From positions 1,240,001 through 1,304,000 of the forward strand of contig JADEYG010000004.1 in assembly GCA_016906335.1 (NCBI GenBank): a stretch of DNA of 64,000 nucleotides, given 5' to 3'. Positions 36,861 to 49,309 of the stretch are shown here, one piece after another. The DNA comes from Novakomyces olei (lineage: Eukaryota). Made by a program: the position numbers and the translations under genes. Every line of letters begins with the position of its first letter. Positions within the stretch are counted from its first letter, which is position 1. Under the pieces are notes generated by a model, which saw only the letters and a list, made by a program, of their open reading frames with translations, was not told where the DNA came from and made no database searches.

Positions 36861-37039
36861 ATAGTGCAGTCTAAATTTACCTGAAATTACCTGAAATTAA
36901 TGAATAAAAAGGACAGTACAACGCAAATATACTGCAGTCTACGGAACATTTGTCAGTACATGTAATTATCTAGTCTAGACGGCATAGTTCCGTAAAGGCA
37001 ATAGAGAGTATTAATACTGCACTGTACAACCACTGTACA

Positions 37040-38108
37040 CTACAACTGCCCATCAGTGCGCATGTGCTGTCCACGCAGGACTGGCTCCGATGTGAGCGTG
37101 TTTGCTCCGGAAATAGGCTCACAAGATTCCCGTCCACTCTGGGGGCCAGGTTTCGGCGATTCGCCACGGCTAAAGGCATCAAGCAATTTGACCACACGTT
37201 CTGGTGTCAAGTCTTCAAAATAATCATCGTTAAAGGCAACGACTGGCGCATTTACACAAGCGCCAGCACACTCAACTTCAACAAGCGTAAATTTGCCGTC
37301 TGACGTAGTTTGGCCCACATCGACCTTTAAATGGTCCTTGATCGCCTGCAAAACTGGCTGTGATCCGCAGAGCTGGCACGGCGTAGTCGTGCAAACTTGA
37401 ACAAAGTGCTTTCCAACAGGTTCGCGGTTAAACATTGTGTAAAATGTAGCGACTTCGTATACTCTCATCTCGGGAATTGCCAATAGTTTTGCAACCTGCT
37501 GTTAGATACTCTGCACGATCATTCGGTAAGAAAGCCGATGCGTTTTTATTTTTTTATTTTTTTTTTTTATTTGGCAATTACTCCTCTTTGATACTTTGCA
37601 ATATGACTTGTTTGACTTCCCTAACGGCCTTGTACGTGCTCTGCTCTTTTCTTTTATTCAAAACCAATCTCAGACTTACATAGTTCATAACACTGATACT
37701 AACCCAGCCGAGCTGACGCTGGCCGAGATCAAGTAGCGGCATAACTGCCGCCTTTTTCCACTCTGGTGGGTACCGCGCCTACCATTAGCAAATCAGTTAA
37801 TCAAAGTCGATCCATAGCATTTGTTAAAGGTATGGAAAAACGCAAAAATTGCCAGAGCGAGGACAAAGGCAAAAGCTGTAAGCAAATGCATTTCTTACAA
37901 TTATCTGACTCGCACGATCCATGTTCTCCTTTGTAAACTCAAAAGGAATTTTAGGGTTATTGTACGGCTTGTTTCGGTGCACGAAAAGGGCCTCGCTGCA
38001 CCGAACTGAGGTCTGAGAAAAAGCTGCTGCTGATCGCGGCCGAATAATTGCGGCAGCGGCCGCCGATCGCAGCGGCCGTAATAGCATTGTTGGGACACAG
38101 CGTACCAT
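37040..38108 (-). CDS. NDUFV2: NADH:ubiquinone oxidoreductase 24 kDa subunit (complex I); 2 introns
   Basis: Presequence, [45 protein letters not shown] and [10 protein letters not shown]. Confidence 0.96.
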
Positions 38109-38323
38109 CGAGCCTTTGGAGCCGTCTTTGATCCGATACTCGTAAAATAGTAGCAGTGTGTATATATATCAACGCCGACTTGTATGGGATTTTATTGGCG
38201 GAGCGAGGTACGGTACTTGTTTGCCTTATTATACGGAACTATATGTATTCGGGTTTACAAGTAGTCGTATACGCCGCTGAATTTGTATATTAAAGTATAT
38301 CACATCTAGAATCCTGGAAAGTC

Positions 38324-38338
38324 TAGGGTTAGGGTTAG
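38324..38338. promoter_or_regulatory. Telo-box-like TAGGGTTAGGGTTAG element
   Basis: About 215 bp upstream of the NDUFV2 ATG. Confidence 0.45.
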
Positions 38339-38654
38339 TTGGGGTTAATATTCCGTTGATAATAAAAGAAGGCTCATTAGTACTTGCCGAGTGTTAACCA
38401 GAGTACAGGTATGCGCCAGGTATACAAACCCAGCAGGCTCGACAATTTCGAAAACATTGTTGAACCATTTAATTATATACTCACGCTATAAATCTGCAAA
38501 AAAAATGTTCGCTTTATTGATTATAATCATATTTACCAAATAATTAATCGGCTCTCTGCACTGCTACTATACGCTTCTTCTTTTCATTTTGCTAGCACTG
38601 AAAATGCTCAGAGACGGAGGCGTCGATAGGAGGCGAATAACGCAACATTTTCTG

Positions 38655-39589
38655 TTACCGAAAAGGCGAACGCCAGGCCGAAGCTGATGCGCGCTGGTGA
38701 TCAAGTACCCGCGGCCAGCTGCCGCCATTAGTCTCCAACAATTCCACTACAAATTCAAGGCCTTGCCGGCTCTTTTTGGTTAGTAAACAGGCAAAAATAA
38801 ATATTGTAGGTTAAGATAGGTACAGACTGTGAATGAAACCTTCAAATTCGTCTGTTTCGTTGATTGAGCACTTACCTTTCGAATCTGGCTCTTAAACGCA
38901 ACTGCAGCCAACTGCTCCAGCCTATTCCCAACTAAAGGCCATAGAGCCTCTCCGTGAGTTACAGAGCTGCGTGTACGCGCTACAGTACCTTCCCCCGTAC
39001 CAGCGTACTCTGTCTCCTCGACAATGTGCATAATACGTCGATGATCAATATTCTCCGTCCGCGTCAAAAGCGTTTTTGCCGCTGGATCCAGGAGACTGTG
39101 CTCCAGCACATAGGATTCTTGGATATCCTGGAAAAAACTGCTCAGCATGCCTTTTGCCCACCGAGGCAGTGATCCGCCTTTAAGATGAAGCCGAGTAGAA
39201 TGAAGCCGGCCGCGATCGTCCACAGACCGGTTCAGTACATCGCTGCCTAGTACGTGTTTGCTGAACGGACTGAATTGTTAGTGAATGGGAACAATAAATC
39301 GACAATAGCGCTGAATAACAATGGTTGGGTATAATAGAGATCTACCGATTGATCTTGGATCAAAACTGGAATCAAAACTGAAACAAAATTGGAATCAAAA
39401 CTGAAACAAAAAAATTAAAATTTAATAAAATTTAATTCATCAGAATAGACTAAAGCGGCCAATTCTTCATACTTTGGGTACCGGTTAAAAAACGCAGCCG
39501 TCACGGTTTTCCAGGGCGTGCTGTAATGTTAGCGTTTCAGCTCTGCATAAACCGTACTTGAAATAGTACTCGGAGCCATATTCTCTCAT
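38655..39589 (-). CDS. UPS1: PRELI/Msf1-family mitochondrial lipid-transfer protein; 3 introns
   Basis: Spliced PWKTVTAAFFNRYPN/PFSKHVLGSDVLNR, LPRW, SYVLEHSLLDP and SRQGLEFV. Confidence 0.8.
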
Positions 39590-40144
39590 TGGCGAGGCCG
39601 AGCAAGAAACTGGGTAATGAATTAACCCAATATTTATTTTTACATCAGCTATTAGGGCGCACTACGTAATGTATTCACTTCTATAATCTATTTTTATACT
39701 ATATTTTTATACTATATTTTTATATTATGGTTGGCTATGTTCCTCTGTATACACAAAATTAATATATATTAATATATATTTATATATATTTCAGAACTTA
39801 CAAATTTTTAAAAATTTGGTACTTCAAAAATTATTGATAATGAAACTTGGACGTAAGACTTTATTCTACTCGCAGCAAACAGCCTTTTCATACTTCGACC
39901 AGAGTCGCCGGGGCCAATATATAAAACCTGTATAATAGTGATTATATTGAAATAACGCTATGTACGATCGCTATTCCGGAGAATAAGGATAAATAAATGG
40001 TAGTGTAATATTTCTCTGGAGAAACATCCAAAAGAGTAGAATAAAATAAAATGTAATAGAAGATACTGGAATATAGATAGTTAAATACGAATGATAAAAA
40101 AATAATGAGAACAAATGAGGAGGAGGCAAAAGCTTTACGCATCT

Positions 40145-41775
40145 TTACGATGCTTCAATGTCACCTTCATCGGCAGTAGCTGGACGCTTCTTTAGCACTA
40201 AATCTTTGCCCTCCATGCGCTTATAAAGATCAAGCACATCATCCGTCAGAGTCTCAAAATGGCTCGTAGCGTCATTGCTGCGGGACACAAAAATCCCCGA
40301 CTCCTTGCCATCGTCCAGAGGCTCATACAGATTCTTGATATCCACAAATTTATCATGAATTGGCCCGAGCAATCGCAGTCCCGGTTCAATCTCGTACTGC
40401 GGATTATCCGTCTCCACAACCGTACTCACAATCGCAACGTAATAATTGCGGGGCACTACATTATGCACATTTCCCACTTCTGCTATATAAATATCGTGTT
40501 TACGGCCAATTTGATTTTGTGGTACAATGATTTGTGCCGAATCCGCGTTGTCAGTATTCGGGATGGGATGAGTCAGTAAGCAAATTGCCCGGATAACAGT
40601 CCCTATTTTACGGACACGGTCGGGAAAGTAAGACGGGTCTCCAATGACCTTTTTGGCCCGAACAGCTTCGCCCTGAGAGGTTACGTGAACAAGACCATCA
40701 GACTCGTGTCGAACGGATTCAATCGGTTTGTCCAGCATATAAGTTCCGCCATAAATAGCAGAGAGACGAGCAAACGCCTGGGGCAGCTCGCCCAGCCCGT
40801 AGAGTGGATATATATATGGAGACTTTCCGTAACGCGCGACGGAGCTGGAATAAAGAATGATCCGCTCAACGGTTGGACGAGCGGGCCGATTCACGTACGA
40901 GTCATCCAGGTAAAGAGCCATTGCGTGGCCAATAAAGTCACGTGTGCCTTCTTCCAGTCCAAAGTACTTGTAGACTTCGGCCATTGTTGTCCTGTCAATA
41001 TTAAGGCCACGGTGAGTTGCAGGATCAGTGTCGCGATAGCCCTGCACCCACTCGAGGAACTTTTTAGTTCTTCTTTTTTCAAATATTCCCATCAGCGGGG
41101 ACCGGACTGCTTCGTATTCGTTTGCTGGTACTTTAGCTATACGGCCGTCGCGGTATACAAAAGATCCAGCGATCTGTTTAAACTCGAGGTAACGAGTTAC
41201 TTCTGTGTGCACCAACATGTTTGTGAGCTCTCCATTAGCCATCAAAAATTTTGGAACCAGATCAATTGCCCAATCACGGTCACGGCCCATACTGGCGGGC
41301 GGCGTTTCGCCGGGTCGGAACTTTGCATACAGTTGAGATATCGTTAGACTCGCATTTTCGCTTTTTTTGTTAGTAAGGCGTATTTGAGTTTACAAACGGA
41401 CTATTAATACAGACTATACGTGCGAAACTTTTGTAATTATAAAGGGAAAATAGAAAGTTGATATTCGAAGCAAACAGCAAGCGAAAAGAAAGCAATAGGA
41501 AAATCCAATAGCAAAACAAAAACAAAAAAAAGCCAAAAAAAAAACTAAGAAAAAAACTAAAAGCCAAGGCAAAAAAGGATGAGCCAAGGGAAATAAAAGA
41601 AAACTAGCAATTGTATAGAGTATAGTCCGGCAAACACGAGCGGGCAATCTTACCCTCCATAATAATCGTTGCGATCCATATGCAAAACCTTTTTGCCCTC
41701 AACGGAAAGAAGCCCGGACAACACGCACTCGGCGAGGCCCGTGCCGAGTACGATTACGTCGTATTCTTCATCCAT
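40145..41775 (-). CDS. GDI1: Rab GDP-dissociation inhibitor; intron 41361-41653
   Basis: [64 protein letters not shown] and DATSHFET. Confidence 0.97.
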
Positions 41776-42174
41776 AGTGCGGGTGGCAAACGAAGCTGAA
41801 CGAAGAGTGCCTTTGACGTTTTACGAAAAACGTAAAGCAACAGCGCAGAGATCGACTGATTAATTCAAGAAATTTGTAGTGGGCGACAAACTGCCGCCAC
41901 TCGAACGTCAAAAACTTGCTTGATTCTGACGTAGTGTTGTTGAGGAGCAGTAATATCTTGTCTCCACTAAGAGAGGGTTATAGTGCGATACACTTGCAAT
42001 CTTTTGCAGATATATATATATGTATTTATATGTATGTATATGTGTATATATTACACATCGATAATATACGCACCTCGGGCTGTGGATATATAGTGCAAGT
42101 ATTATAGGAGCCCGCAGCTAATGGTCAAGCAAGAGTACTCTTGTACGAAATCTCCATACTGCCAAAGCATACAA

Positions 42175-42280
42175 AAGTATTGCTATTCACTACTTTTCAA
42201 ATCTATTCAGTACTTTTCAGCTCTATTCATTACTTTTCAAATCTATTCACACTACTTTTCAAATCTATTCAGTACTCTCC
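42175..42280. repeat. Imperfect ~20-bp tandem repeat (ctattcagtacttttcaaat)
   Basis: About five copies read directly. Confidence 0.85.
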
Positions 42281-42574
42281 TACTTTAAATTACAGCAGAG
42301 TTTAGTGGTAAATGGATATAGTAACTTTTTGACGTAAATCCTCTCTGTCCGTCCGTACGTTGGCCATACTTTAAGTGTATCGAGCGACGATTCCAAGGCT
42401 CGACGCTCGGCAAGGATAACAAAATATTATTAATTTAAGCACCAATATGAACCAGAGAACTAGGAGCAATAGACAAAGAAATCGCAAGAGCAAAGTGTGG
42501 TAGTACCGACGGTAGCAATTGCAGTTACCATCATTCTAGGTTTTTACGTATGCCGCCCATGCAAACTTACAGCC

Positions 42575-43864
42575 TCACTTTCGGCGAAACAAGCTGAAGC
42601 CCTTCTTGGGTGTAGGGTGAGGCACTTTAGCCGCGGCCGCGGCAATATCGGGCCTTTTCCTAGTCAGCACGGTCGAATTGCCCCCATTATCGGCCGAGGC
42701 AAAAGACGAAGAGCGGCTGCTCGAGCTCTGAGATGGAGCAGCCACTGTAGAGCCCTCTACTGCCCCAATGCCAGCACTGCCTTGGACCATTTGCACGTAC
42801 GCAAACACCTTCTCCACTTTAATCGACAGCATACGCAGGTCACGTGTCGTATCCATACGCCATTGGTTCGCGTCTGTGTCGGCTACGCGCCGATTTGACG
42901 CGTCGCGTCTCACCAAAGCCTGAAGCTTTTCCAAACAGTTTTCCAAGCTCACCACTTTTTTGGTCAGTGGAGCAGTATGTGCGGCCTGAGAATCTTTGAC
43001 TTGCACACAAACTGCATCTGCAAACCCCTGCTGCTGCTGCTGCATTGCTTCCAGCGCTGACTGTGTATGACCAGCCATACTCTGGGCAATTACTCGGTTC
43101 AAGAGACGCGAAAAATTACCTTCTTCCAGAGTCTGGCGGAACATTTGGTCGATGCGCCGAAGTTCGCGTCTCAACTCTACCGTTTCTGTTCGCAAACGAT
43201 CAATGCTGGCGGCCACAGCCGAATCGTCTGCTCTCAGTCCCATCTGGCGCCTTTCCGATGCAATGCTTTTTTGGTCCACCGTTCTCCAGCTCTCGTCTGC
43301 CCGATACCGACAAATGGCAGCTTTCTCTTCGCTTCCGGTCTTGCCACTAGGCTTTGCTGTAACCTCTTCGCCTGCCAATTGCTCACCATCGCTAGTTTCT
43401 TTTTCGTCGTCATCAGGCTCACCATCAGGCTCGCCAGTTTTCCAATTGCCGCTGTCTTTAAGGCCTCTGTCTTTAAGGCCTTTGCCTTCGCTTTGTGTAG
43501 TGGCCCCTTCGTCATTGCTTGTTTTGCCGCTCTTCCAGTTCCCTCTGCGAGCTGCCTTTGGCCTTACTTTGCCGTACCTGTTTTCAATTCCCGGTTTGTC
43601 ATGGCCGATTTTCATCTTTTCTACAAGGAGGCCCAATGCATCTGCATCCTCGTTGTCTGGAAGGACGTTGACTACTGACAGAGGCGCTTCTCTTGCCAGG
43701 GAATTCATCGCGCTGCTCGGAGATGGCCGTCTAGATCCCTCATTGCTCCATCCTCGACCTTTCTTGCTGGCTTTAAGCCCTAAATTCGGAGAGCTTGTAT
43801 CGCCCAAGAGTGCGTCTTTGTACGACGCACTTCCATCGCTGCTCATTGTGCTTGGAGTGATCAT
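42575..43864 (-). CDS. Hypothetical protein: disordered N-half, coiled-coil C-half; start uncertain
   Basis: More than 420 open codons; first in-frame ATG at 43864. Heptad-like segments IDRLRTETVELRRELRRIDQ and LTKKVVSLENCLEKLQ. Confidence 0.75.
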   Translation of the reverse strand: MITPSTMSSDGSASYKDALLGDTSSPNLGLKASKKGRGWSNEGSRRPSPSSAMNSLAREAPLSVVNVLPDNEDADALGLLVEKMKIGHDKPGIENRYGKVRPKAARRGNWKSGKTSNDEGATTQSEGKGLKDRGLKDSGNWKTGEPDGEPDDDEKETSDGEQLAGEEVTAKPSGKTGSEEKAAICRYRADESWRTVDQKSIASERRQMGLRADDSAVAASIDRLRTETVELRRELRRIDQMFRQTLEEGNFSRLLNRVIAQSMAGHTQSALEAMQQQQQGFADAVCVQVKDSQAAHTAPLTKKVVSLENCLEKLQALVRRDASNRRVADTDANQWRMDTTRDLRMLSIKVEKVFAYVQMVQGSAGIGAVEGSTVAAPSQSSSSRSSSFASADNGGNSTVLTRKRPDIAAAAAKVPHPTPKKGFSLFRRK

Positions 43865-44553
43865 TCCGCTAGAGACGTGCAATTGGCCGCTAACTGGTTT
43901 CTTTTCCGGATTGGAGGCCAATAACGAGGCAAAAAGTGCCTCAGTACCCCATATTATGACCACACATAATTTCCTTTCCTGTCATGGGTTTGTATGGGGG
44001 CCAATCAGGTTTGCGCGATAACGTGCGCGGTGATAATTTAATCTAATTGATAAAAGTATATTATAGAGAATATAACTAACTATATGGAAATACTATACAG
44101 AATTAATTGAGTAGCTAATATTATACAAAGTTGTATTAGTTTTATTGTATTGAAGCTTGAATGAAAAGCGCCGTCCGGTTTTTCCTCTATAGACTTTGGC
44201 ACAAACAAGTTCTAACACCATTTTCTTCATGTTCTAATGTCTCGGAGACTTTTACTGTGGTGTTAGCATACGTATTTGTAAGAAGGCAGAGACAAGTCAG
44301 CAGGGACTCTGTCATTTCTTATAAACGTACATACTATATGGAATTAAGTCTGCAGTAGTAATCAGGGAATAAGAATCTAAAAATAAAAAGACAAAATAGT
44401 AATAGTTAAACCACACGTTTCTTTTGGCGATAATTATTTATTTTAATAATGAATAAATAAAACGATAATTTTCATATTGAATATTGATAATTTCAATAAT
44501 AAATATAATGATAATTTTCATAAAATTATTTTTTCTGCTCCTGCTCCTCAATA

Positions 44554-47500
44554 ATGGACGACGATCTCGAGTCAAAGCTGGCGCGCGTTCGCGCTCAGCA
44601 ATCTTCTGGACTCGAAAACCAAAAACGTGTCGCCGTCGTGCTAATTGCGTTAGAAGATGCTTTGCGCACAGAAACTCTGCAAACGCCGGACTCTTCGCTT
44701 TCGCCTACATCGTACCTCGTTGGCCTGGTAAGCAGCATTCAGGAAAAAAAGGAAAAAAATCAAATCAGATCAGATCAGACAAGATCGGACAAAATTAAAT
44801 CAAACAAAATCAAATCAAACAAAATCAAATCAAATCAAAACCAAGGAAAAGAAAAGTTATAGACAAATCGTCTCATAAATGAATAAGCGCAAGCCCATAC
44901 TAATCACACTCAGCTATCCCTAATGGACCAGGCAAAGCAGTCTGATGGGTCTTTAGATTCTTCATTAGCGTACGCTACGCTTTACCTGCTCGACGTAGCG
45001 CTTCCACATGTGCCTACGGCAATTTTGAAATCAAGATTTACAGAAATAATGACGGCGCTGGCACCGATGATCTCTCCAAGCACAGACGCGCCTTCACTAC
45101 GGTGTGCTATTGGCGCAATGCAAACGCTATTGCTGGGAACTGTGGGCGAGACGGGCGAGGTTAGTGGGAGGGGCGAGCCCAGTTTACTAGCGCTGAGCAA
45201 AAACCCTAACCAAACAACCGGCCAGCGAGCGGGCCAATGGGGCTCGGAGAAGGATAAAGAGGAGAAAGAAAAGTACTGGACAGCCGACTCGCAAGCAGTC
45301 TTTTCCGGTTTAATTGCACTGTCAATTGACCCAAGGCCAAAAGTACGTAAAAGGGCAGTTGAGGCGGTACGGTCCTGCCTTGTCGCACTTCCTGCGGCTC
45401 TTTCTCCTGCGGCAAACCAGGCTCTTTCGCTTCTGCATGGCACTAGAGACGCCAGCAGTATCGTACATGTCCTGCAGTTATTGCGCACTATAATATTACT
45501 GGCCGGCTGGCCGTCTAGTGGAGCTGAAGGCAAGAGCAAGAGCAAGAGTAAGAGCAAATCTGCGAGTATAGAGTCCTTGATAACTGCTCTCCTCCACGCT
45601 CCGGCTCTTCGTTCCGGGTTTGCTGCCGTTGGGGTCTATGAGGTATTTGACGCGCTTTTCAGCAGTGTGGAAACGCCGAGATCTGTGCTGGCGACTCTTT
45701 ATGACAGGCGGCCTGCCGATAACGACGCAGTCACTCTGCCTGCCTGGATAAAAGTAATAGCCACGGGTACCGTGATTCTAGCTAAGCAGGACAATTTGGC
45801 AGGAGCAGGAGTCGTACCCGCACTTGTGCAGAGGCTCTTGATTTTCTTACAGTCTGAGCACAAGCCTATACAAAATGCAGCAGCTGCGGCACTTTGCCAG
45901 CTGGCAGAGTCTGGGCTGGATACGAGTGTGGCACTGCAGGAAATAAACTCTGTCAAATCAAAAAGGCAGATTCAGCCTGTTCTTCTTCACGTCCTGTGTG
46001 CCATGCTGACTGCTTCTCCTGAACGAATTGATCTCTTGCTGCCGTTTGTTCGCCAAGTAGGAGAATCACGGTCGGCCGTCTCTGACGGATCAGGCCAAGG
46101 CAGCAAGTCCGAGTATGAGTTTAAAGCCGAGGCCGATGCTGTTTTGTGCACGGCCTTGCGCAGTTTTGGCCCGGCAACAGTATTAGGCGTGTTACCATTG
46201 AACTTGCTGCCCAGCCAAAAGGATCAAGGCAAAGGCCGTGCGTGGTTACTGCCCTTGCTGAGGGATAATATTGCCAATACAGACCTGCAATATTTCAAAG
46301 ACGAATTCCTGCCCCTCAGTGAGGCGCTCTACGATATTGTTATCGAGCGTAAAGGCCGTGAGGACGATGGCAATAGCAATAAAAGCAGCGAGGACGTCAC
46401 AACGAAGCTGTACGAGACTTTGATTGAGCAGATTTGGATGCTCTTGCCTGGATTTTGCTGGAGCCCTAGAGATTTACGCACAGCCGTGGATACTCCTCTG
46501 TTTGAACTGCTTGCGAATTTACTTTACCGGCAAGTAGCACTACGTCCGATTGTTTGCCAAGCGTTGCAAAATCTAGTTGTCTCGCAACGGCAGGATGGAA
46601 AGGGTATGGATTGTAAATAAAATTTGAAAAATAAAATTGGAAAACCAAACTGGAAAAACAAAAAACAAATTGGAAAACCAAACCAGCATGTCTATTCAAA
46701 CAGTCAAGTACAACCGACAAATATACGCATTTTAGTATACAAATTTTACTAACAATACACAGATTTAAACAAGGAAAACGGTACTGGCACTGGCGGAACA
46801 AGTCCTAGAGACTCGCCTGCTGACGCATCGAATCCGCGAGACTCACAGCAAGCAGATCAGCTCAATATAGACCATCTGGCCCAATTTTCACCCAATCTTT
46901 TAGCCGTGTTGTTTAATGTAATCAGCCAAACTCCGCCAGCCGGCCGAGGGTACCTGTTTGATACAGTACGAGTCTGGCTGAGCGTTATGGACGCTGCTGG
47001 AGTGGCGGCAACGTTTGCAAAAGTCCAGGCTCTGCTGGCGCAAGCAATTGAGCAGGAATCAGAGGCGAGTGTGGAGAGAAAGAACGGCAGTTTTGATGCA
47101 GGCATGGAACTTCCCTCAATGGCTCTGACGATAATGGACCTCTTAAACGCACTTGTGCCCTTTCTAAAGGACGACTCTCTTCCGCAAGTGCTCGACTCGG
47201 CCATTAAGCAGACAGCGAATGAAGAATTGGCCAAGAAAGCGTACAAGACGATTGCACTGATCGGCACCCACCGTCCCTCCGCTATTTGCAGAGCTCTAGG
47301 GCAAATCCAAGCAATGCTGTTGCAGGATAGTACGGGTCTAGACTCGGCCACCAAAACGCTGGCCAAGTCGAAGAGTGGTACGGTTGCCGTTCGCAAGGAC
47401 AGGCTTACAGTTATTGGACTCGTAGTGACTCTGCTGCCGGACGACGAGCTGGCTTTTATTACGCAAATGCTACCGCAAGTCGTACTGGCCACAAAAGACG

Positions 47501-48786
47501 TAAACGAAAAAACACGAGCTGCGAGTTTCCAGGTCCTTTTGAGGATGGCAGAGCGGATGAAAAGTGGGGGCCAGATTCGGCTGGAGGATGATAATAGCAG
47601 CCGGACAGCTTCAATCCCCGAGTTTCTGACGATGGTGGCTGCCGGATTAGTAGGCGATTCCCCTCACATGGTGAGTGCCAGTGTCTCTGCACTTGCTCGG
47701 CTGCTGTACGAGTACTATGCCTCTGACTTGTCTCTGCCAGAGCATACAGATTGCCTTTTGGAACTGCTCGAGACTATCGATGTCTTTGTGGCCAGCGACA
47801 ATCGCGAGATTGCTCGAGCGGCTCTCGGCTTTGCTAAAGTCTCTGTCGCCATTCTCGACGCTGGACTGCTCCGGCAAAGATTGCCCGTAATGGTCCCCTC
47901 TTTGCTCAGCTGGTCGCATTCAGCGGGCGGTCGGTTGAGAGTCAAAGTTCGGCATTTGCTGGAACGGCTCGTTCGGCAGTGCGGGTACTCGGCAGTTGCC
48001 GATCACGTGCCGGAAAGTGACGTAAAACTAATGACCAGTATTCGAAAGGCACGTGACCGGCGGTTACGTCATCGGGCAGTTGATTTAGAGCGGGTTGATG
48101 AAGGCAAAACGCCCAAGGCTCCCCCCTTGGAGTCTGCCTTTGACGCTGTTTTAGAGAGCAGCGATAGTGAAGATGGAGAGGAGGAGTTTATTGAGGAGTT
48201 TATACAGGAACCTGCAGAAGCAGGGCCGTTGGACTTGCTTGATCGTAGTGCGAACGCTGCCCGTGTAACCGTTCGCAATCCCGAGCGTCAAGCGAAGGAA
48301 GCAGCGAGGCTAAAATCGCGTCAGCAGGCGCGAGCGAATGCCTTCAAGACAGACGCTGCTGGCCGGATCGTTGTCGGTGCTGATGAGGAGGAGAATAGTG
48401 GGTCAGCGCTGGATGAAAGCCGTGATCGGGCTGCCGAAGGATGGGCTTACACGAGCGCCCTAAAGAGCCGGGACGCGGCCCGTCGTACGCCGGGAAACCG
48501 TGTAAAGTTTAGTAATAAACGGAGCCGTAACGACTATGAGGACGATTTTGATGACGTCGATGAAGGGCCCGTGGGCAGGGCTGAAAAGCATATTAAAGAG
48601 AAAAGTGGGGGTCGAAGTGGGGGCCATAGTGGGGGTCACAGTGGGGGCCATGGTGGGGGCCATGGTGGGGGCCATAGTGGGGGTCATGGTGGGGGCCATG
48701 GTGGGGGTCATGGTGGGGGTCATGGTGGGGGCCGAGGTGGGGGCCGAGGTGGGGGCCGCAATGGTGGTCGACACAAGCGACGATAG
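44554..48786 (+). CDS. RRP12: Ribosome biogenesis HEAT-repeat protein Rrp12; introns 44728-44913 and 46604-46762
   Basis: LENQKRVAVVL, DPRPKVRKRA, GRAWLLPLLRD, QIWMLLPGFC, NREIARAALGFAKV and KVRHLLERLVR. Confidence 0.93.
48604..48760 (+). repeat. 12-bp coding repeat encoding GG(H/R)(S/G) units at the Rrp12 C-terminus
   Basis: ggtgggggccat-type units read directly. Confidence 0.93.
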
Positions 48787-49309
48787 ATGCACTCGCGCAT
48801 GCAGACAGACATACATATATGTATATTAATATAATTAAAAAAAAATGTTCATAATTCAAACAATAGAAGACTCGATAAAGTCTACAAGGGAGCATGTAGT
48901 AGACGTGAAAAAATATAAATACACCACAAAAGTTTGTCAAGCTTACATCAGTTTCCATTATTATGAATAATTAATTACTATTAGAATACTCAATGACAAC
49001 AATGCTTTATGATGAAGTGCAGTCTGTAGCTGCACCGTTAGCTTCAACAATTGACCTGTTACCCTGACACATAGTCATCCTCTATGGAACATGCAAACTC
49101 TATCCAAGTCAGACCCGAATGCGACTGAATTGTACGTAGATTCAATGCTCCTTGTGGTCCTCATTCTACCCCGTTTTCCTCCATTTTCCTCCTTTCTCGC
49201 TTTTCACTTGTTTTGATCACTATAATATCCATTATTGTTGTTGTGATTATTATTGTTTTTTGTTTTTATTGTTTTTATAATTATTATTTCAATTATGGCA
49301 ATGCCGTCG

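Noticed and set aside
43152..44021. Long antisense ORFs (also 3352-4248, 24773-25537, 49778-50572 and 52211-53053)
   Set aside because: Shadow frames of GC-rich coding genes with no recognisable domains.
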